Of a DNA stretch of 64,000 nt, positions 43,050-55,622 are shown piece after piece. Source of the DNA: Obrimoposthia wandeli (Eukaryota); assembly GCA_977020255.1 (NCBI GenBank), contig CDROCS010003952.1, positions 1 to 64,000 on the forward strand, in the 5' to 3' direction. Positions within the stretch are counted from its first letter, which is position 1. Every line of letters begins with the position of its first letter. Under the pieces are notes generated by a model that saw nothing but the letters and a program-made list of their open reading frames with translations, searched no databases and was not told the DNA's origin. The position numbers and the translations under genes are program-made.

Positions 43050-44018
43050 ATGCAAAGGTTTAAAAACATCATTTGTGTTGTAACGCTTGACCCTAGCAGC
43101 AGTGCTACATTAGAACGCGCGGTGGTTTTAGCAAACAATAACCAGGCTAAGCTTACTGTTGTCGAAGTGATTGAAAAAATACCCGCGAATATAAACATAC
43201 CCGCTAGCATTCTGTCGCCTGATAAGATTGAGGCCACTATAGTCACCGAGCATCTAAAAGAACTGACCGCACTGGTTGCGCCATGGCGAGACGACATTGA
43301 TATTAAAATCAAGGTGCTGGTGGGGACTCCGTTCTTAGAAATTATCTACGAAGTATTGCGTAACAACTATGACCTGGTCATTAAGGCCGCAGAAAGTGAT
43401 ACTCGATTGAAAAGCGTTGTTGGCAGTAATGATATGCATCTGCTACGTAAATGTCCTTGTCTAGTTTGGCTGATCAAATCGGAATCAGCTAAATCATATC
43501 GCCGCATTCTTGCTGCTATCGATGTCGATGAGCAGGTGCCAGCGGAAGAACTAGAAGCTAAACGCTTACTTACTCATAAAGTCATCGACATGGCGAGTTC
43601 ATTAGCTATGTCTGAATTCGCTGAACTGCATATTGTTCATGCGTGGGAAAAGCAATACCCGGTGAAGGCTCAGAAGCGGGTTCCTGACTGTATCTTGTGA
43701 ACAGGATTGCAGGCTTATATCGAGAAGGAAAAAGAGCAGCAGCCTGGGCTTGGTCTAGTGATGGAGGTGGTAAGTTGGGACGTAATACTTTTGAATATCT
43801 AAACCCACGTCGCATTTGCTCAAGGCAGCACACAAAAGGATTAAGCATTAGCTGATAAGATTGAGGCTGATATAGTGGTCATGGGCACTGTAGGTCGCAG
43901 CGGTATTTCTGGTTTCTTTATGGGTAATACCGCTGAAACAATCCTCAATCGAATCGATTGTTCAATACTTGCCGTTAAACCGCCAGGATTTGTCACACCA
44001 GTGACTTTGGACAAATAA
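43050..44018 (+). CDS. Tandem universal stress protein (UspE-like), frameshifted between about 43650 and 43860
   Basis: DMHLLRKCPC.VW, ILAAID; C-terminal MGTVGRSGISGFFMGNTAETILNRIDCSILAVKPPGF in another frame. Confidence 0.82.
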
Positions 44019-44079
44019 AACTAGGCTAACTAACCTGAATATGGCAGGCTGTTATCTTCGTTATGATAAGGTTAATGAC

Positions 44080-44695
44080 ATGCAATTAGATTTTTCCGAC
44101 TTTTCAGCTAGCCAACGTTATCACTTGATGACACAGACCATTATTCCGCGACCTATTGCGTGGACACTTACCGATTCGGGTGATGAAAACTACAACCTCG
44201 CGCCATTTTCTTATTTTACTGCAGTGTCGAGTGAACCTGCTTTGTTAATGATCTCTGTGGGGAAAAAAACCCAATGGCGATAACAAAGATACACTCACTA
44301 ATATTCTTAAAAACAAGAAAATGGTTATTCACATTGCTTCAGCTGATCAAGCTGAACTGGTGACTAAAACTGCGGCGACATTAGCACATGGCGAATCAGA
44401 GCTTGCTGATTCGGGTTTAACAACGACAGCGTTTGAAGATTTCCCATTACCGCGACTTGCGCAATGCGATATTGCCTATGGTTGTGAGCTTTATGAGATT
44501 AAAGAATTGGGTGATGTACCGCAAACCCTTATCTTTGTAGAAGTTAAGCAGCTTTACCTGAGTGACACCGTGGTCAGTCAAGATGCTAAAGACCGATTAA
44601 GTATTGCCGCAGATAAAGTCAAACCCCTCGCACGATTAGGCGGCGGGGAGTACGCATCCATTACCGCGCCTTTTAGTCTGCAAAGACCGGACTAA
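44080..44695 (+). CDS. Flavin reductase-like FMN-binding split-barrel protein, frameshifted near 44270-44285
   Basis: IIPRPIAW, NLAPFSYF, KPLARLGGGEY. Confidence 0.85.
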
Positions 44696-44715
44696 ATTAT
44701 GTTATCGGATGGGTA

Positions 44716-45426
44716 TTAATGCATTTTACCGTTAAACGCGATAAGTGAACCACTTAGATTAGTTTTCGTTGGCTGAGTCAGTTCAATCATTAACTCGGCC
44801 ATTTCAGGTGGATCTACCCAGGTCGAATGATCAGCATCAGGCATCGCATCGCGGTTTACTTGGGTATTCACGATCGTTGGTAGTATCGCGTTTATCTTAA
44901 TATTATGTACAGCACCTTCGGCTGCCATACTTTCGACAAGTCCATTTAATGCGAGTTTTGATGCCATGTAAGGGCCAAAACCTGCAGGGATATTACGCAC
45001 TGTATCGCGAGCTGAAACGAACATGATAGAGCCGCCACCGCTGAGTGCCATAGCATTAAAGATTTCACGACCAAATACAAACGCAGTCATAAAGTTAGCG
45101 TTGAATATGTTTTCTACTTCTTTTGCTTCAATGTCTTTCCAAAATCGCCACGTGAAAATACCTGTGCAATGGTAGTGCGCTTCAATGTGACCTAAAATAT
45201 TGACAGCCTTGGCTGTAAGCGTTTTGCTCTCTGCTTCATCAGCTAGATCACCAAGCAGCACTGTTAGCTTACCAGCGTATTTATCTTCCATTTGTTTAGC
45301 GCGAACGTCATCACCTTTGCGGCCAAATGCGACAACCTTAGTACCTGATTCGATAAGATTATGGATGATTATTTTTGCGGTAACCGAAAAGCATGCTGCG
45401 ACGGTCGCTGTTTTAATATTATTCAT
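44716..45426 (-). CDS. Short-chain dehydrogenase/reductase
   Basis: YMASK (YxxxK), INAILPTIVNT.VNR.AMPDAD..WV.P. Confidence 0.85.
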   Translation of the reverse strand: MNNIKTATVAACFSVTAKIIIHNLIESGTKVVAFGRKGDDVRAKQMEDKYAGKLTVLLGDLADEAESKTLTAKAVNILGHIEAHYHCTGIFTWRFWKDIEAKEVENIFNANFMTAFVFGREIFNAMALSGGGSIMFVSARDTVRNIPAGFGPYMASKLALNGLVESMAAEGAVHNIKINAILPTIVNTQVNRDAMPDADHSTWVDPPEMAELMIELTQPTKTNLSGSLIAFNGKMH

Positions 45427-45545
45427 GGTGTTCCTTTAAGTACTTGAAATTATTGTTGTGAGTCATCATATACTTTGTGATAAGTGTTGTGAATTATGTA
45501 AAAGACAATACATTTTTGCTTAAACCGCAAAGCGTATTCTTCGTT

Positions 45546-45890
45546 CTAAAAGAAAATAACGAGGCCAGATAGCGACAATGTCACCATGGCTGGAATACCG
45601 TCTTTCCACGTATCAAAACGCAGATGAAAAAAGATAGCGCCTAATGATGTCGCCAATAACGCTGCCGCACCAAGCAAGCCTAATTCACTGCTTTGAAACC
45701 AGATGCAGGTCGCGCCAAACAACTCGACAATACCAATCAGCGCCATTATCTGGCGGTTTAATCCATATGATTGAAAGAATTCAAGCTGCTTTTCAAAGAT
45801 CATTTTTTGCCAACCGAATAATTTGATAGAGCCAGCGAATAAGAAGAAGGCTGAAAGCAATGCAATAATGACAGTGATAAAGGTATTCAT
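45546..45890 (-). CDS. DoxX-family membrane protein
   Basis: FFLFAGSIKL, IGIVELFGA, GAIFFHLR. Confidence 0.82.
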   Translation of the reverse strand: MNTFITVIIALLSAFFLFAGSIKLFGWQKMIFEKQLEFFQSYGLNRQIMALIGIVELFGATCIWFQSSELGLLGAAALLATSLGAIFFHLRFDTWKDGIPAMVTLSLSGLVIFF

Positions 45891-45980
45891 GGTGTTTCCT
45901 CATTTATTAACTTGTAATGAGTGTAAGCTTGAATCATTATGAATAAAAATGATTGCGGGGAGTAAAGCCAATTAAGCGGA

Positions 45981-46912
45981 ATGAAAGTAACATTGCCAAA
46001 GCGGACTTCAACCCCACTTTAAATCGCTGCAAGCACTACCCTGAAGAGCAGGCGTCGGACGCCGCGCGGCAAAGAAAGTAATGAACGTGAGTCAGTCTGC
46101 AATGAGTCACACCTTGACTCGGCTTAGAGATACCTTCAATGACTGCCTTTTTTATAAGGCATGCTGGAGGGTTGGGAAACCTACTTGCCCGGGCTCTTGA
46201 ATTGGCCAATAAACTTAACCTTTATTCTTAATGAAATTGATAAAAGTTGTTAGCGCTTCAAATCGTTAGGACCTGTCACGTGCATACATGCTCGATTTCG
46301 ACTCCAGACTCATGACTTTCTCGTCGCGTCATACCTTGCCAACGCCATACGAGAGATTAATGATGCTGCACCGAATATCATTAGTGATATTCAAATGCTG
46401 AGTAAAACGGCTTATGATGATTTGGATGCGGGTAAGCTTGATATGATCATCGGGTCAGGGGCAAAGCCAACTCAAGTTTATGCAAAAAGCGGCTTATTTC
46501 CGACGAGGTGTTAGTCTGCTTTCTATTAGATCAGGGAACGGGTATTGGCGACTTGGAATGCTGAGGCGCTATTTCAGCAAAGTAATACAAAGTCGAGTCT
46601 GTTGATGAGCAGGTGACGACTCTGTTACTCAGTGCGGTAATGCAGCAGGAATGCTCTGGAACGGAAAATCGGTTTGTATGTGCTGAAACACTTAATCTAC
46701 AGTTAGCACTATTAGCCAATACTAAACTCATTTCCTTCTACCGGAATCAATGGCAGAACAAGGACGTAAGTTATATGGGCTCACGGCCGGAGTCGTGTCC
46801 ATTTCTTTACCCAAGGTGGCCTCCTCCATTCGCGGCGTGTATGGCACGAAAAGACATCAAAACGATTCGCTACATAAATGGGTACGGAGTCGGATCAGCG
46901 ATGCTTTTGTGA
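45981..46912 (+). pseudogene. LysR-family regulator, heavily frameshifted
   Basis: Recoverable segments NIAKADFN, MNVSQSAMSHTLTRLRDTFND, INDAAPNI, DDLDAGKLDMIIGS; divergent from the DoxX-SDR genes. Confidence 0.75.
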
Positions 46913-47148
46913 GTTAATTATAGTAAAATTAAGAGCTCACCTCATCGGTGTAAGCTTGGTTTTATAGACAGGTAAGGTTTTGCTTTTAGCCTTCTGCGTA
47001 TTTTATTTGATTTTAAGATAGCTTGGCTTTTGATTCTCAATTTGTAATTAACAAGAGTGTTGTTATTGTTGACCGTAATAAAGTGACAGTGGAATTGACG
47101 GTATACGGCATTTCATTTAACGAGCTGATCGTGTCTTAGAGGATTGCC

Positions 47149-47820
47149 GTGATTTCAAAGTACTTCGCTGGGTAGAATATGGTTCATTTGTGCTTGCGCT
47201 GGTGGCTGGGCTTATTAATTCCATCGGATTATTAGGTTTCAAACATCAAGCCGTTTCCCATTTATCAGGTACAGCGACATTGCTCGGCTCCGGCATTATT
47301 ACGTCCAGTTTTACTGATGTGCTGCATTTGGCTTGCGTGATCCTTAGCTTCGTCATCGGTTCTGTTATATCGGGTTATTTCCTGCGTAGTGGTGCATTAA
47401 AATTGGGTCGTAACTACAGTGGCCTGCTGGCTTTAGAAGCGCTGTTTATTTTAGGTTCTATTTATTTATTAGTACAAGGATCCGTACAAGGTAATTATTT
47501 GGTTTCAGCAGCTTGCGGCTTCTGCAGTAGTTTTACCCTTGTCACGACTTACAGTGGCGCGGTTATCCGCACAACCCATTTAACGGGCATATTTACTGAT
47601 TTGGGTATTATGCTAGGGGCTAGGTTACGAGGTCAGCCATTTGATAAAAGAAAGGCGTCCTTGTTTATCTTAATTATTACAGGTTTCATTTCGGGTGGTA
47701 CACTTGGTGAGTATTTTTCACCGTGTTAAATTCCCATGCCTGTATATCCCGCTGGAGATTTGCTTGTTGCCGGGTGCATGTCTTTATTCAGTCATAATGC
47801 CAAAGTCAGCAGGGTATGAA
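47149..47820 (+). CDS. YoaK/DUF1275 membrane protein, frameshifts at both ends
   Basis: LALVAGLINSIGLLGF..AVSHLSGTATLLG, IRTTHLTGIFTDLG. Confidence 0.8.
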
Positions 47821-48008
47821 GCGTTATTAAACATAATTTTACGTTGATACCCTGCATTTAAGCAAAAAGTAGTTTGAGATAACAGAAAGAAAATAAGTCG
47901 GCTTTACATCGATTCTTAGCATACCAAGGTTGATGTGCATCAGTAAATCAACTTTCGAGTGAGTTATGGTGAGCCAGTTAGTTAATGCAGAATGTTAAGG
48001 AATTTAAT

Positions 48009-48737
48009 TTGAAAAAGGGTTGCTATTATCTTGGTTGCTGAAGATGAAGGAGCAAATCTGGGCATGAAACTTCGTTGGTTTTTCAGCATGAAGGTTACCA
48101 AGTGAGTGAGGCTGCGAGCAAAGCTGAAATGAATGTGGTGTTGGCAAATCACCACATCGACCTTGTTATGCTTGATATCAACTTGCCAGACGAAGATGGC
48201 TTGATGATCACTCGAACCCTGCGCGGGCAGTCAAATATCGGTATTATTCTGGTTACTGGTCGCATCGACGCCATTGATAAAATTATTGGCCTAGAAATGG
48301 GGGCTGATGATTATGTCACCAAACCTTTTGAGTTACGCGAGTTACTTGTACGGGTGAAAAATTTGTTATGGCGTATTTCACTGACAACGCAGGCCAACAA
48401 TGCCTTGGAAGATGTCAGCAAAGTTGAACGTGATGATGACTTATTTTATTTTGGTCCGTATAGTTTTGATATTTCCAAACGAAAACTGTGTCTAAACGGT
48501 GAGCAAATAAAACTGACCAAAGCGGAATACGACATGTTAGTCGCCTTCAGCGCTCATCCTGAACAGGTGTTATCTCGAGAAAAATTACTGACTCTGATTG
48601 ATCATAGAGTCGAAGCGCCCAATGATCGTACGATAGACGTATTAGTACGTCGACTGCGTAATAAAATAGAATCAGATCCGAAAAATCCTGCGTATCTTAT
48701 TACTGTGCATGGCGAAGGTTATTTATTCGCGTGTTAG
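48009..48737 (+). CDS. torR: TMAO response regulator (5' end frameshifted; clean frame from about 48075)
   Basis: LDINLPDEDGL, GLEMGADDYVTKPFELRELLVRVKNLLWRI; adjacent to torT/torS. Confidence 0.85.
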
Positions 48738-48747
48738 GTTCATTTAA

Positions 48748-49763
48748 TTAAGGGTTAACCGAATAAACCGGTTTGAAATAACTCGGCGACAACGATTGCG
48801 CAGTAGGGAATTTCGCTAACAATTCTTTGGTGAGCGTTAATATTTCAGGCGCCAGATCCTTGGTGATTTTTTGCTTTAATAAATAATCAGTGGCTTGATC
48901 TATGGCCATTGCACCTTGCAATACCATTTGGTCAGAATTGGCCATCAGAATTTTACCGCGGAGAATACCACGATACACGCCGGCGACTCAGTATCATTTC
49001 TAAGACTTTTGTGGTCGTCTGCTTCTGCTAGATTAGCCAACTCGCCAATCGCCATTTCCGCCATTATCGCATTGCCAGCAAGGTAATCGAGCTCATTGTG
49101 ACCATCCTGATTAACAAATTCAGCCAGGGTTTCATTAATGAGTGAAAACTGACGCATTTTATTATTCAAACCATGTTTAATTGCTACAATCTCGACATCA
49201 CTATTTTTCAGCGCATCCTGTAAACCCAAGGTCGCTTGTTGACTGCCGCCACCAGAGTTAGGACCGGGGAACCAGGCTAACTTGAATTTTTCAGCGTTAT
49301 CTGTTTTAGGGTGTTTATGACTCAGGAATTGCCCTAACTTTGCCCCCATTTGATACCAAGATACGCCCGTACGGCCTGTCAGACTACTGGTGGACACTTC
49401 GTTTACCAAGCCAAATAAAGGTACGGTTTTATTCAGTTCTGCGAGTCTGGCACTGAGTTGTTCAAAGTACACAGCACCAACTAATATGGCATCGGCATGC
49501 CATTGCAAGCACTGTTCAATTTGCGTCCATTGCTCCAAACTATTTTTATAACCGCCAGCTTCCAGCACTTTTAATGATACAGCTCTTTGTTTTGCACGTT
49601 CAGTCATGCCAAAATTGATACTTAGCCAATATGAATCTTTCAGATGTGGATAAACAGCACAAAGACGTAGTGGTGCTTGAGCCTGTTCAGTGTTTGCTGA
49701 TACTGGCGCATTGAACAACAATGTGATAAATACTAACTTGATGAATAGGAACAAAGATTTCAT
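48748..49763 (-). CDS. torT: Periplasmic TMAO-binding protein, frameshifted near 48985
   Basis: LCAVYPHLKDSYWLSINFG, LEAGGY; C-terminal VYRGILRGKILMANSDQMVLQG in a second frame. Confidence 0.9.
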
Positions 49764-49865
49764 AATAGGTTTCCCATGTCATTTCACTTAAATGTGCATA
49801 TGGTTGGGGCTTAGTAGATTAGCGTTTAAATTGGGTACAGCTGTTTTTTAGTTTTAGTTCTAGTC

Positions 49866-52829
49866 ATGCTAGCAAAGGAGATTACATTGCGATTTCGTCA
49901 AAGTATAGGTAACAAGCTGTTATTCGCGTTTAGTTTTGCCGTTTGCTTATTGGTTGTCATCAGTACCGTATCGTGGCATAGCTTGAGCCTTATTGCCGAC
50001 AACGGTGAAAAGCTCACGCAACAAACGTTGCCAACGTTATCCAGCGCCCGTGAACTAGCGAACATCAGTTTGCAAATAACCAATCGTACTACCTTACTGA
50101 AAAATGCCACCAGTGACATTGAGCGACATAATATTAATGCTGAATTGACCCAGTTAAACCTTGCTATTGGCAAGCAGTTTAAAGCCTTTGATGCTTCTGA
50201 GTTTGGCAATAGTAATGGTAATAGCAATATCCGTCACCTGATATTGCAAAAAACCAATATCATCAACAATATCCGTCAGCTCAATGACAATGCCAAATTA
50301 CAAATTCAACAGTACCAGCAGCGCAAAACGTCATTTCAACAGGTTACTGTTGATGTGCGACATATTTTTCAGCTGTCGCAATCTCAAGTAGCCAATGCTA
50401 ATACGTTTGCTTTAGTCAGATTAAGCGGACTTTATGACTTAATTGAGCAAGGTCAGGATAGCAACATTATCTATCAAGACATTGATCTTATTATTGATGA
50501 AGATCTTAATTTATTAGATAAAATGACTGCATTGGAAAAGTACAGCTTAGAACTGGGACAAGTCGCAGATCTTATAATGACCACTTCGACAACAGAACCA
50601 TTGACTCAATTAACCCAACAAAAAGATCAACTTTTATACATTATCAATCAGCTGGCGGATTCAATCAAGGATCCTGATCGTTTAGAACGCGCCAAGTCTG
50701 CAATATTAAGACTGACTGTTTTCAATGATTTAATCAGTCAGCAGCGCGATTATCTCAATCTAGAACAACAACAGAATAACTTACATCTGCATATATCAAA
50801 GCAATTGAGTGAGCTTAATCAGGGCATTCTGGCCTTAGTCGAAACACAAACTAAACAAGCTCTAGAAACCAGTAAACAACATCAAAAGCAGGTTGCTTGG
50901 TCGCAGAGCAGTCTTTTACTCGCTACCTTTTTGTCATTAACCGTGATTATTGGGGTAATGTGGAAAATTGTATATCAAGGCATCGTATTCAAATTATCCA
51001 ACTATACCCAAGTGATTAAAAAGCTTGCAGAAGGTGATCTTGAAATCAGTGTCGAGCCTTCTAATGACGAAGAATTAAAGCAAATGGCATTGGCGCTTGA
51101 TGTGTTCCGTGACAACGCGGTAAAAAAACAAAAGCTTGAACAAGCACAAATTGAAACGGAAAAAGAATTACGTTTGCATAAAGAAAACTTAGAGCAACTG
51201 GTAAAGCAAAGAACAGCGCAGCTCATGCTAATTAATCAACGGCTCAATGATGAATCTGTAGGACACGCATTGGCAAAGAAGCAGGCGGAAGATGCCAATA
51301 ATGCTAAATCAGTATTTCTTGCTAATATGAGCCATGAGATCCGCACGCCAATGAATGGCATGTTGGGTACATTAGAATTGTTAGCGGATACGCCACTGTC
51401 TACGCAACAACAGACTTATACCCAAACTATTCTGACATCGGGTGAAAACCTGTTAGAGATCCTCAATGACATTCTAGATTATTCAAAGATTGAAGCCGGT
51501 CATATCGAAGTATCGAAACGCGCGGTTAATCTAGCGCGTTTGGGCAATAATGTGATCGAACTGATGGGCGCGAGGGCTGAAAAAAAAGGACTGGATTTAA
51601 CCTTTAATCTGGATGCCGAATTGGATAGTTGGGTGCTTGCGGACTTGGGTAAGCTTCGCCAAATTATCATTAACTTAGTGAGTAATGCGATAAAATTCAC
51701 GGTCACAGGCAGTGTTTCACTGACAATGAGTAAGCATCAACACGAACTTAGTTTTAGCATTACCGATACAGGCTGTGGCGTCGCACTGAATAAACAGCAA
51801 ACCATTTTTGAAGCCTTTACTCAAGTGGCGAACTTAAGCAGCGCAGCTGGCACTGGCCTAGGTTTAGCTATTTGTCAGCGATTGGTATCGGCAATTGGAG
51901 GGTCTCTGTCGTTAACGAGTATGGAGGGACAGGGCAGTTGTTTTTTCTTTAGCATTCCATTAGAAGTAGCCCCACAAGCCTTGATCAACAAACAATTAGC
52001 GATAGCGACAAGCGTAATTGCAACTGACGACTGTTTCCGTATCCTCATTGTTGAAGATAACCAAATCAATCTTGATGTTGCTTGCGCACTGGTTAAAAAA
52101 TTAGGTCATCAAGTTTACAGTGCTTGCGACGGGGCTTCTGCACTGGCGTTGTATTCCCAGCAGGATGTTGAACTGGCCTTATTGGACATCAACCTACCGG
52201 ATATGGATGGCGTCGAACTGGCTAGCCGATTGCGTAAGATGGCGCAGCATAATCAACGGCCATTAAAGACAATTGCAGTCTCTGCTCATGTCTTTAAACA
52301 AGACATTACTAAGTTTATCGATTCAGGATTTGATGGTTTTATTGCGAAACCGGTACAGATGAAACGCCTTAAAAGTACCATTGCTAAGGTGATGGTAAAT
52401 GAAGTCGGCTTTGATGCGGTTGATAATACAATAGAGAACACAATAGATAACACAGTAGATAAGATAGACTCTCTGCCGTTATTAGACAGTGTCACATTGT
52501 TTGATTCTGCAACACTTGAGCAAGACCGTCAATATCTAGGTAAAGACAAAATTATTGCGCTAGTGCAGTTATTCTGCCAACAGACGCAGTCGGATTACAG
52601 TGATTTTTCTGTACTGAATGCAGAACAACAAGAAAAATTACTGCATAAATTGAAAGGCGCCGCGATTGCGTTAGGGCTTACTGCTTTGTATGACCTTTGT
52701 AATGAATTAGAACACTCATGTAAAAGTAAAGCGTTAACAACATCGCAATTATCAGCGCTCGATTTATTGATTACTGATTCTGTCGACCAGCTACAAAAAT
52801 ATTTAACCCAACTTGCTGACGAGGTTTAA
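49866..52829 (+). CDS. torS: TMAO hybrid sensor kinase
   Basis: Long helical periplasmic domain, [16 protein letters not shown], receiver (LLDINLPD), HPt (LHKLKGAA); divergent from torT. Confidence 0.9.
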   Translation: MLAKEITLRFRQSIGNKLLFAFSFAVCLLVVISTVSWHSLSLIADNGEKLTQQTLPTLSSARELANISLQITNRTTLLKNATSDIERHNINAELTQLNLAIGKQFKAFDASEFGNSNGNSNIRHLILQKTNIINNIRQLNDNAKLQIQQYQQRKTSFQQVTVDVRHIFQLSQSQVANANTFALVRLSGLYDLIEQGQDSNIIYQDIDLIIDEDLNLLDKMTALEKYSLELGQVADLIMTTSTTEPLTQLTQQKDQLLYIINQLADSIKDPDRLERAKSAILRLTVFNDLISQQRDYLNLEQQQNNLHLHISKQLSELNQGILALVETQTKQALETSKQHQKQVAWSQSSLLLATFLSLTVIIGVMWKIVYQGIVFKLSNYTQVIKKLAEGDLEISVEPSNDEELKQMALALDVFRDNAVKKQKLEQAQIETEKELRLHKENLEQLVKQRTAQLMLINQRLNDESVGHALAKKQAEDANNAKSVFLANMSHEIRTPMNGMLGTLELLADTPLSTQQQTYTQTILTSGENLLEILNDILDYSKIEAGHIEVSKRAVNLARLGNNVIELMGARAEKKGLDLTFNLDAELDSWVLADLGKLRQIIINLVSNAIKFTVTGSVSLTMSKHQHELSFSITDTGCGVALNKQQTIFEAFTQVANLSSAAGTGLGLAICQRLVSAIGGSLSLTSMEGQGSCFFFSIPLEVAPQALINKQLAIATSVIATDDCFRILIVEDNQINLDVACALVKKLGHQVYSACDGASALALYSQQDVELALLDINLPDMDGVELASRLRKMAQHNQRPLKTIAVSAHVFKQDITKFIDSGFDGFIAKPVQMKRLKSTIAKVMVNEVGFDAVDNTIENTIDNTVDKIDSLPLLDSVTLFDSATLEQDRQYLGKDKIIALVQLFCQQTQSDYSDFSVLNAEQQEKLLHKLKGAAIALGLTALYDLCNELEHSCKSKALTTSQLSALDLLITDSVDQLQKYLTQLADEV

Positions 52830-53216
52830 TTTAAATTAATTGAACTGACCATGAATTATTAGTTAGCACGTATCTAAAACTTGAATATCACGGTCGTTGA
52901 CCACTCCACTCTCATATTATAATTTAAGAAATTAATATTTTATTGACTATGATTAATAATTTTATAAATATGCGTGTGTATAATAATTTTATTAGTGGTT
53001 GTGTATATGTTGATTAATATTTGTTATATATTCAGTCTGAAATCCAAAGGTTAAAATTTAAATTATCGCTATTATCTTTATTTTTAGTAAGGTGTATATA
53101 GCGTAATTAAATTAAATAAGCTCGCCATTAAAAAATGTTTGATGAAGTATCGCGGAATAATTATTCATTGACAGTGAGTTATAAAATGCCGTTATTACAA
53201 ATGATTAAGGAAAATA

Positions 53217-55310
53217 ATGTTTAAAAGTATACGCACACGCATTGCCATTTTTGCTGGGTTAACAATGGCTTTTACCTTGTTGATCGCAATGGGGATTACC
53301 ACCAATGCTTTTACTAAAGTTAATCAAGAAATAACGGCAAAAGTTAAAACACAATTAACGGATGCGACCACTTTAAACTTACGATCTACTGCAAATAATC
53401 AAGCGAACACCCTCGAAAGTCAACTATACCCCGTTTTAGCAAACTTGAAGCAAATACGTTCCATCATTGAACTGAGCGCACAAAACAAAGCAGATGCTGA
53501 AACTATTGTTACGCAGTTTATTGCTGCACTTGAAGCGCAAAACAAAGCGGTATTTGCTGGTTACATGGTTTGGGAAGAAGAAACATGGCCACAAGAGACG
53601 GCAGGCAACGTAGCAAAAGCATTCAATACTAAAGGCTATTTAGCGCCCTTTTTCTCTCCGAACTCAAATGATAGTTTTGATGTTGTCGCAATGGAAAACT
53701 TCAACAACACAGCGCTGAATAGTAATGGCGAACGTACCGATGACTGGCATTTAATGCCTTATGAAACCGGTAAAACGTTTGTCATGGAACCCTATATGTA
53801 TTCAGTTCGCGGCCAAGAAGAACTGATCACTACCATCAGCCAACCATTAAAACTCAATGGTAAAATTATTGGCTCACTTGGTTTTGACCTATCTTTGGCT
53901 GAACTGCAAGGACAGAGCGAGCAATTGGCTAAAAACCTCTATGATGGGAAAGGTCATATTCTTATTTCCTCATGGAAGGGTGCGTTACTCGCTAATAGTA
54001 AAGACAGCAGTAACATCGGCAAGAAGGTGCCTTCAGAGCTTTTATCAAAATGGAAAAAAATTCAAAACTTAGCGATATTAAATGACGTTGGTATGCTTAC
54101 TATTGGTAACGATGAATACGCTATTACTTCTATTGAGACCTCTGGTTCACCTTGGGTTGTCATGGTGTCTATTCCAACTAATGAACTAACTCAGAGTGTT
54201 GCTGACTTTGAATCTTGGAGTCATGATCAAAATTCAGCTGCATTAGGAAAAGGTATCATTGCAGGTTTAATTGCAACAATCATCGGTATTGCAGCAATGA
54301 GTATGATTGCTCATTCGTTAGGTAAAGCTTTGATTAACTTAGTTGAACGTTTTAAAGATGCGGCTCAAGGTGATGGCGATTTAACCTATCGAATCATAGT
54401 TAAAGGTAATGATGAAAGTGCGCAATTGGCATATTGGTTTAATACTTTCCTTGCGCGTATGCAAGAGATGTTACTGACTGTAACGCAAAGTGCAGACCAA
54501 GTTGATCAAGGGGCTGGTAAGGGGCTGCAAAGTGCGGCACGTTCTAAAGAGCAACTTGATATGCAAGCCAATGAAGTGCATTCATTAGCAACTGCGATTA
54601 ATGAAATGAGTGCCACAGCTCAAGAAGTCGCTAATTCAGCCGTACAAGCAGCTTCGGCCGCAAGTCAAGTTCAAGATAATAGTGTCATTGGCATTAACCG
54701 AATGCATAGCGCTGTATCGTCTGTAGAAAGCTTGGCGCTCCAAATCAACAATGCCCAAAACCAAACCAAAACAATGGCGGAATCGAGTCATTCGATCCAA
54801 GGGATAATAGAAGAAATCAGCGGTATTGCTGGACAAACTAATCTACTAGCCTTAAACGCTGCGATTGAAGCTGCACGAGCAGGCGAAGCTGGCCGTGGAT
54901 TTGCTGTCGTCGCAGATGAAGTTCGTAATCTTGCCACCCGCACGCAAACATCGACGGAAGAGATCGGTTCTATGTTGGAAAAATTAGAGCAAGAAACACA
55001 ATCAATAGTAAAATTAATGCTGCAAAGTCAAGAACAAGCCTTAGATACTAAGCAAGAAACAGAAGCGGCACAACAAGCCTTTTCTGAAATAAACCAAGCG
55101 ATTGATGTTATTAACGATATGAATAATCAAATCGCATCTGCGGCAGAAGAGCAAAGCAGCGTTTCTGAAGATATTAACCGTAATGTTGTACGAATTAATG
55201 ATACTGCAATGGAAGTAATCGAAAGTATGAGTGCTTCGGTAATAATTAGTAATGAATTAACAGAAAGTGCGACTAATCTACGTAGTGAATTAAGTCATTT
55301 TAAAATATAG
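53217..55310 (+). CDS. Methyl-accepting chemotaxis protein with dCache sensor (PctD/PacA-like)
   Basis: Two TM segments, dCache (W...P.ETGK..MEPY.Y..GFD), [35 protein letters not shown]. Confidence 0.92.
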   Translation: MFKSIRTRIAIFAGLTMAFTLLIAMGITTNAFTKVNQEITAKVKTQLTDATTLNLRSTANNQANTLESQLYPVLANLKQIRSIIELSAQNKADAETIVTQFIAALEAQNKAVFAGYMVWEEETWPQETAGNVAKAFNTKGYLAPFFSPNSNDSFDVVAMENFNNTALNSNGERTDDWHLMPYETGKTFVMEPYMYSVRGQEELITTISQPLKLNGKIIGSLGFDLSLAELQGQSEQLAKNLYDGKGHILISSWKGALLANSKDSSNIGKKVPSELLSKWKKIQNLAILNDVGMLTIGNDEYAITSIETSGSPWVVMVSIPTNELTQSVADFESWSHDQNSAALGKGIIAGLIATIIGIAAMSMIAHSLGKALINLVERFKDAAQGDGDLTYRIIVKGNDESAQLAYWFNTFLARMQEMLLTVTQSADQVDQGAGKGLQSAARSKEQLDMQANEVHSLATAINEMSATAQEVANSAVQAASAASQVQDNSVIGINRMHSAVSSVESLALQINNAQNQTKTMAESSHSIQGIIEEISGIAGQTNLLALNAAIEAARAGEAGRGFAVVADEVRNLATRTQTSTEEIGSMLEKLEQETQSIVKLMLQSQEQALDTKQETEAAQQAFSEINQAIDVINDMNNQIASAAEEQSSVSEDINRNVVRINDTAMEVIESMSASVIISNELTESATNLRSELSHFKI

Positions 55311-55330
55311 AACTTAATTAAATTTAGTTT

Positions 55331-55362
55331 AAAACAGCTTCAAATAATAGGGGGCTGTTTTT
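55331..55362 (+). terminator. Intrinsic terminator after the MCP gene
   Basis: AAAACAGCTTC...GGGGCTGTTTTT. Confidence 0.75.
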
Positions 55363-55622
55363 ATTTAAACCTTAACTTAATATAACTTAAAATAACTTAA
55401 CTTGTCACAATTTGAATTAATTAATAATTTCTACAATTTATACCTCGTAACTAGGTATATACAACTTTACAGTTTAATAATAAAGTGAGCGCGTCTATAT
55501 ATAATGATTTAGTCAGTCAGTGTACAAATCATTAAATATAAGAATGAATGAATATATCACTGCTATTACTTACAATGAGATTGTTTAATCTAGCTTATGT
55601 TTAAGGTCATGTTGTAGGAGCT

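Noticed and set aside
52830-53216. Horizontally acquired or structured element in the very AT-rich torS-MCP gap (also 55363-55622)
   Set aside because: No ORF, repeat or hairpin beyond short TAACTTAA-like runs; consistent with ordinary promoter DNA.
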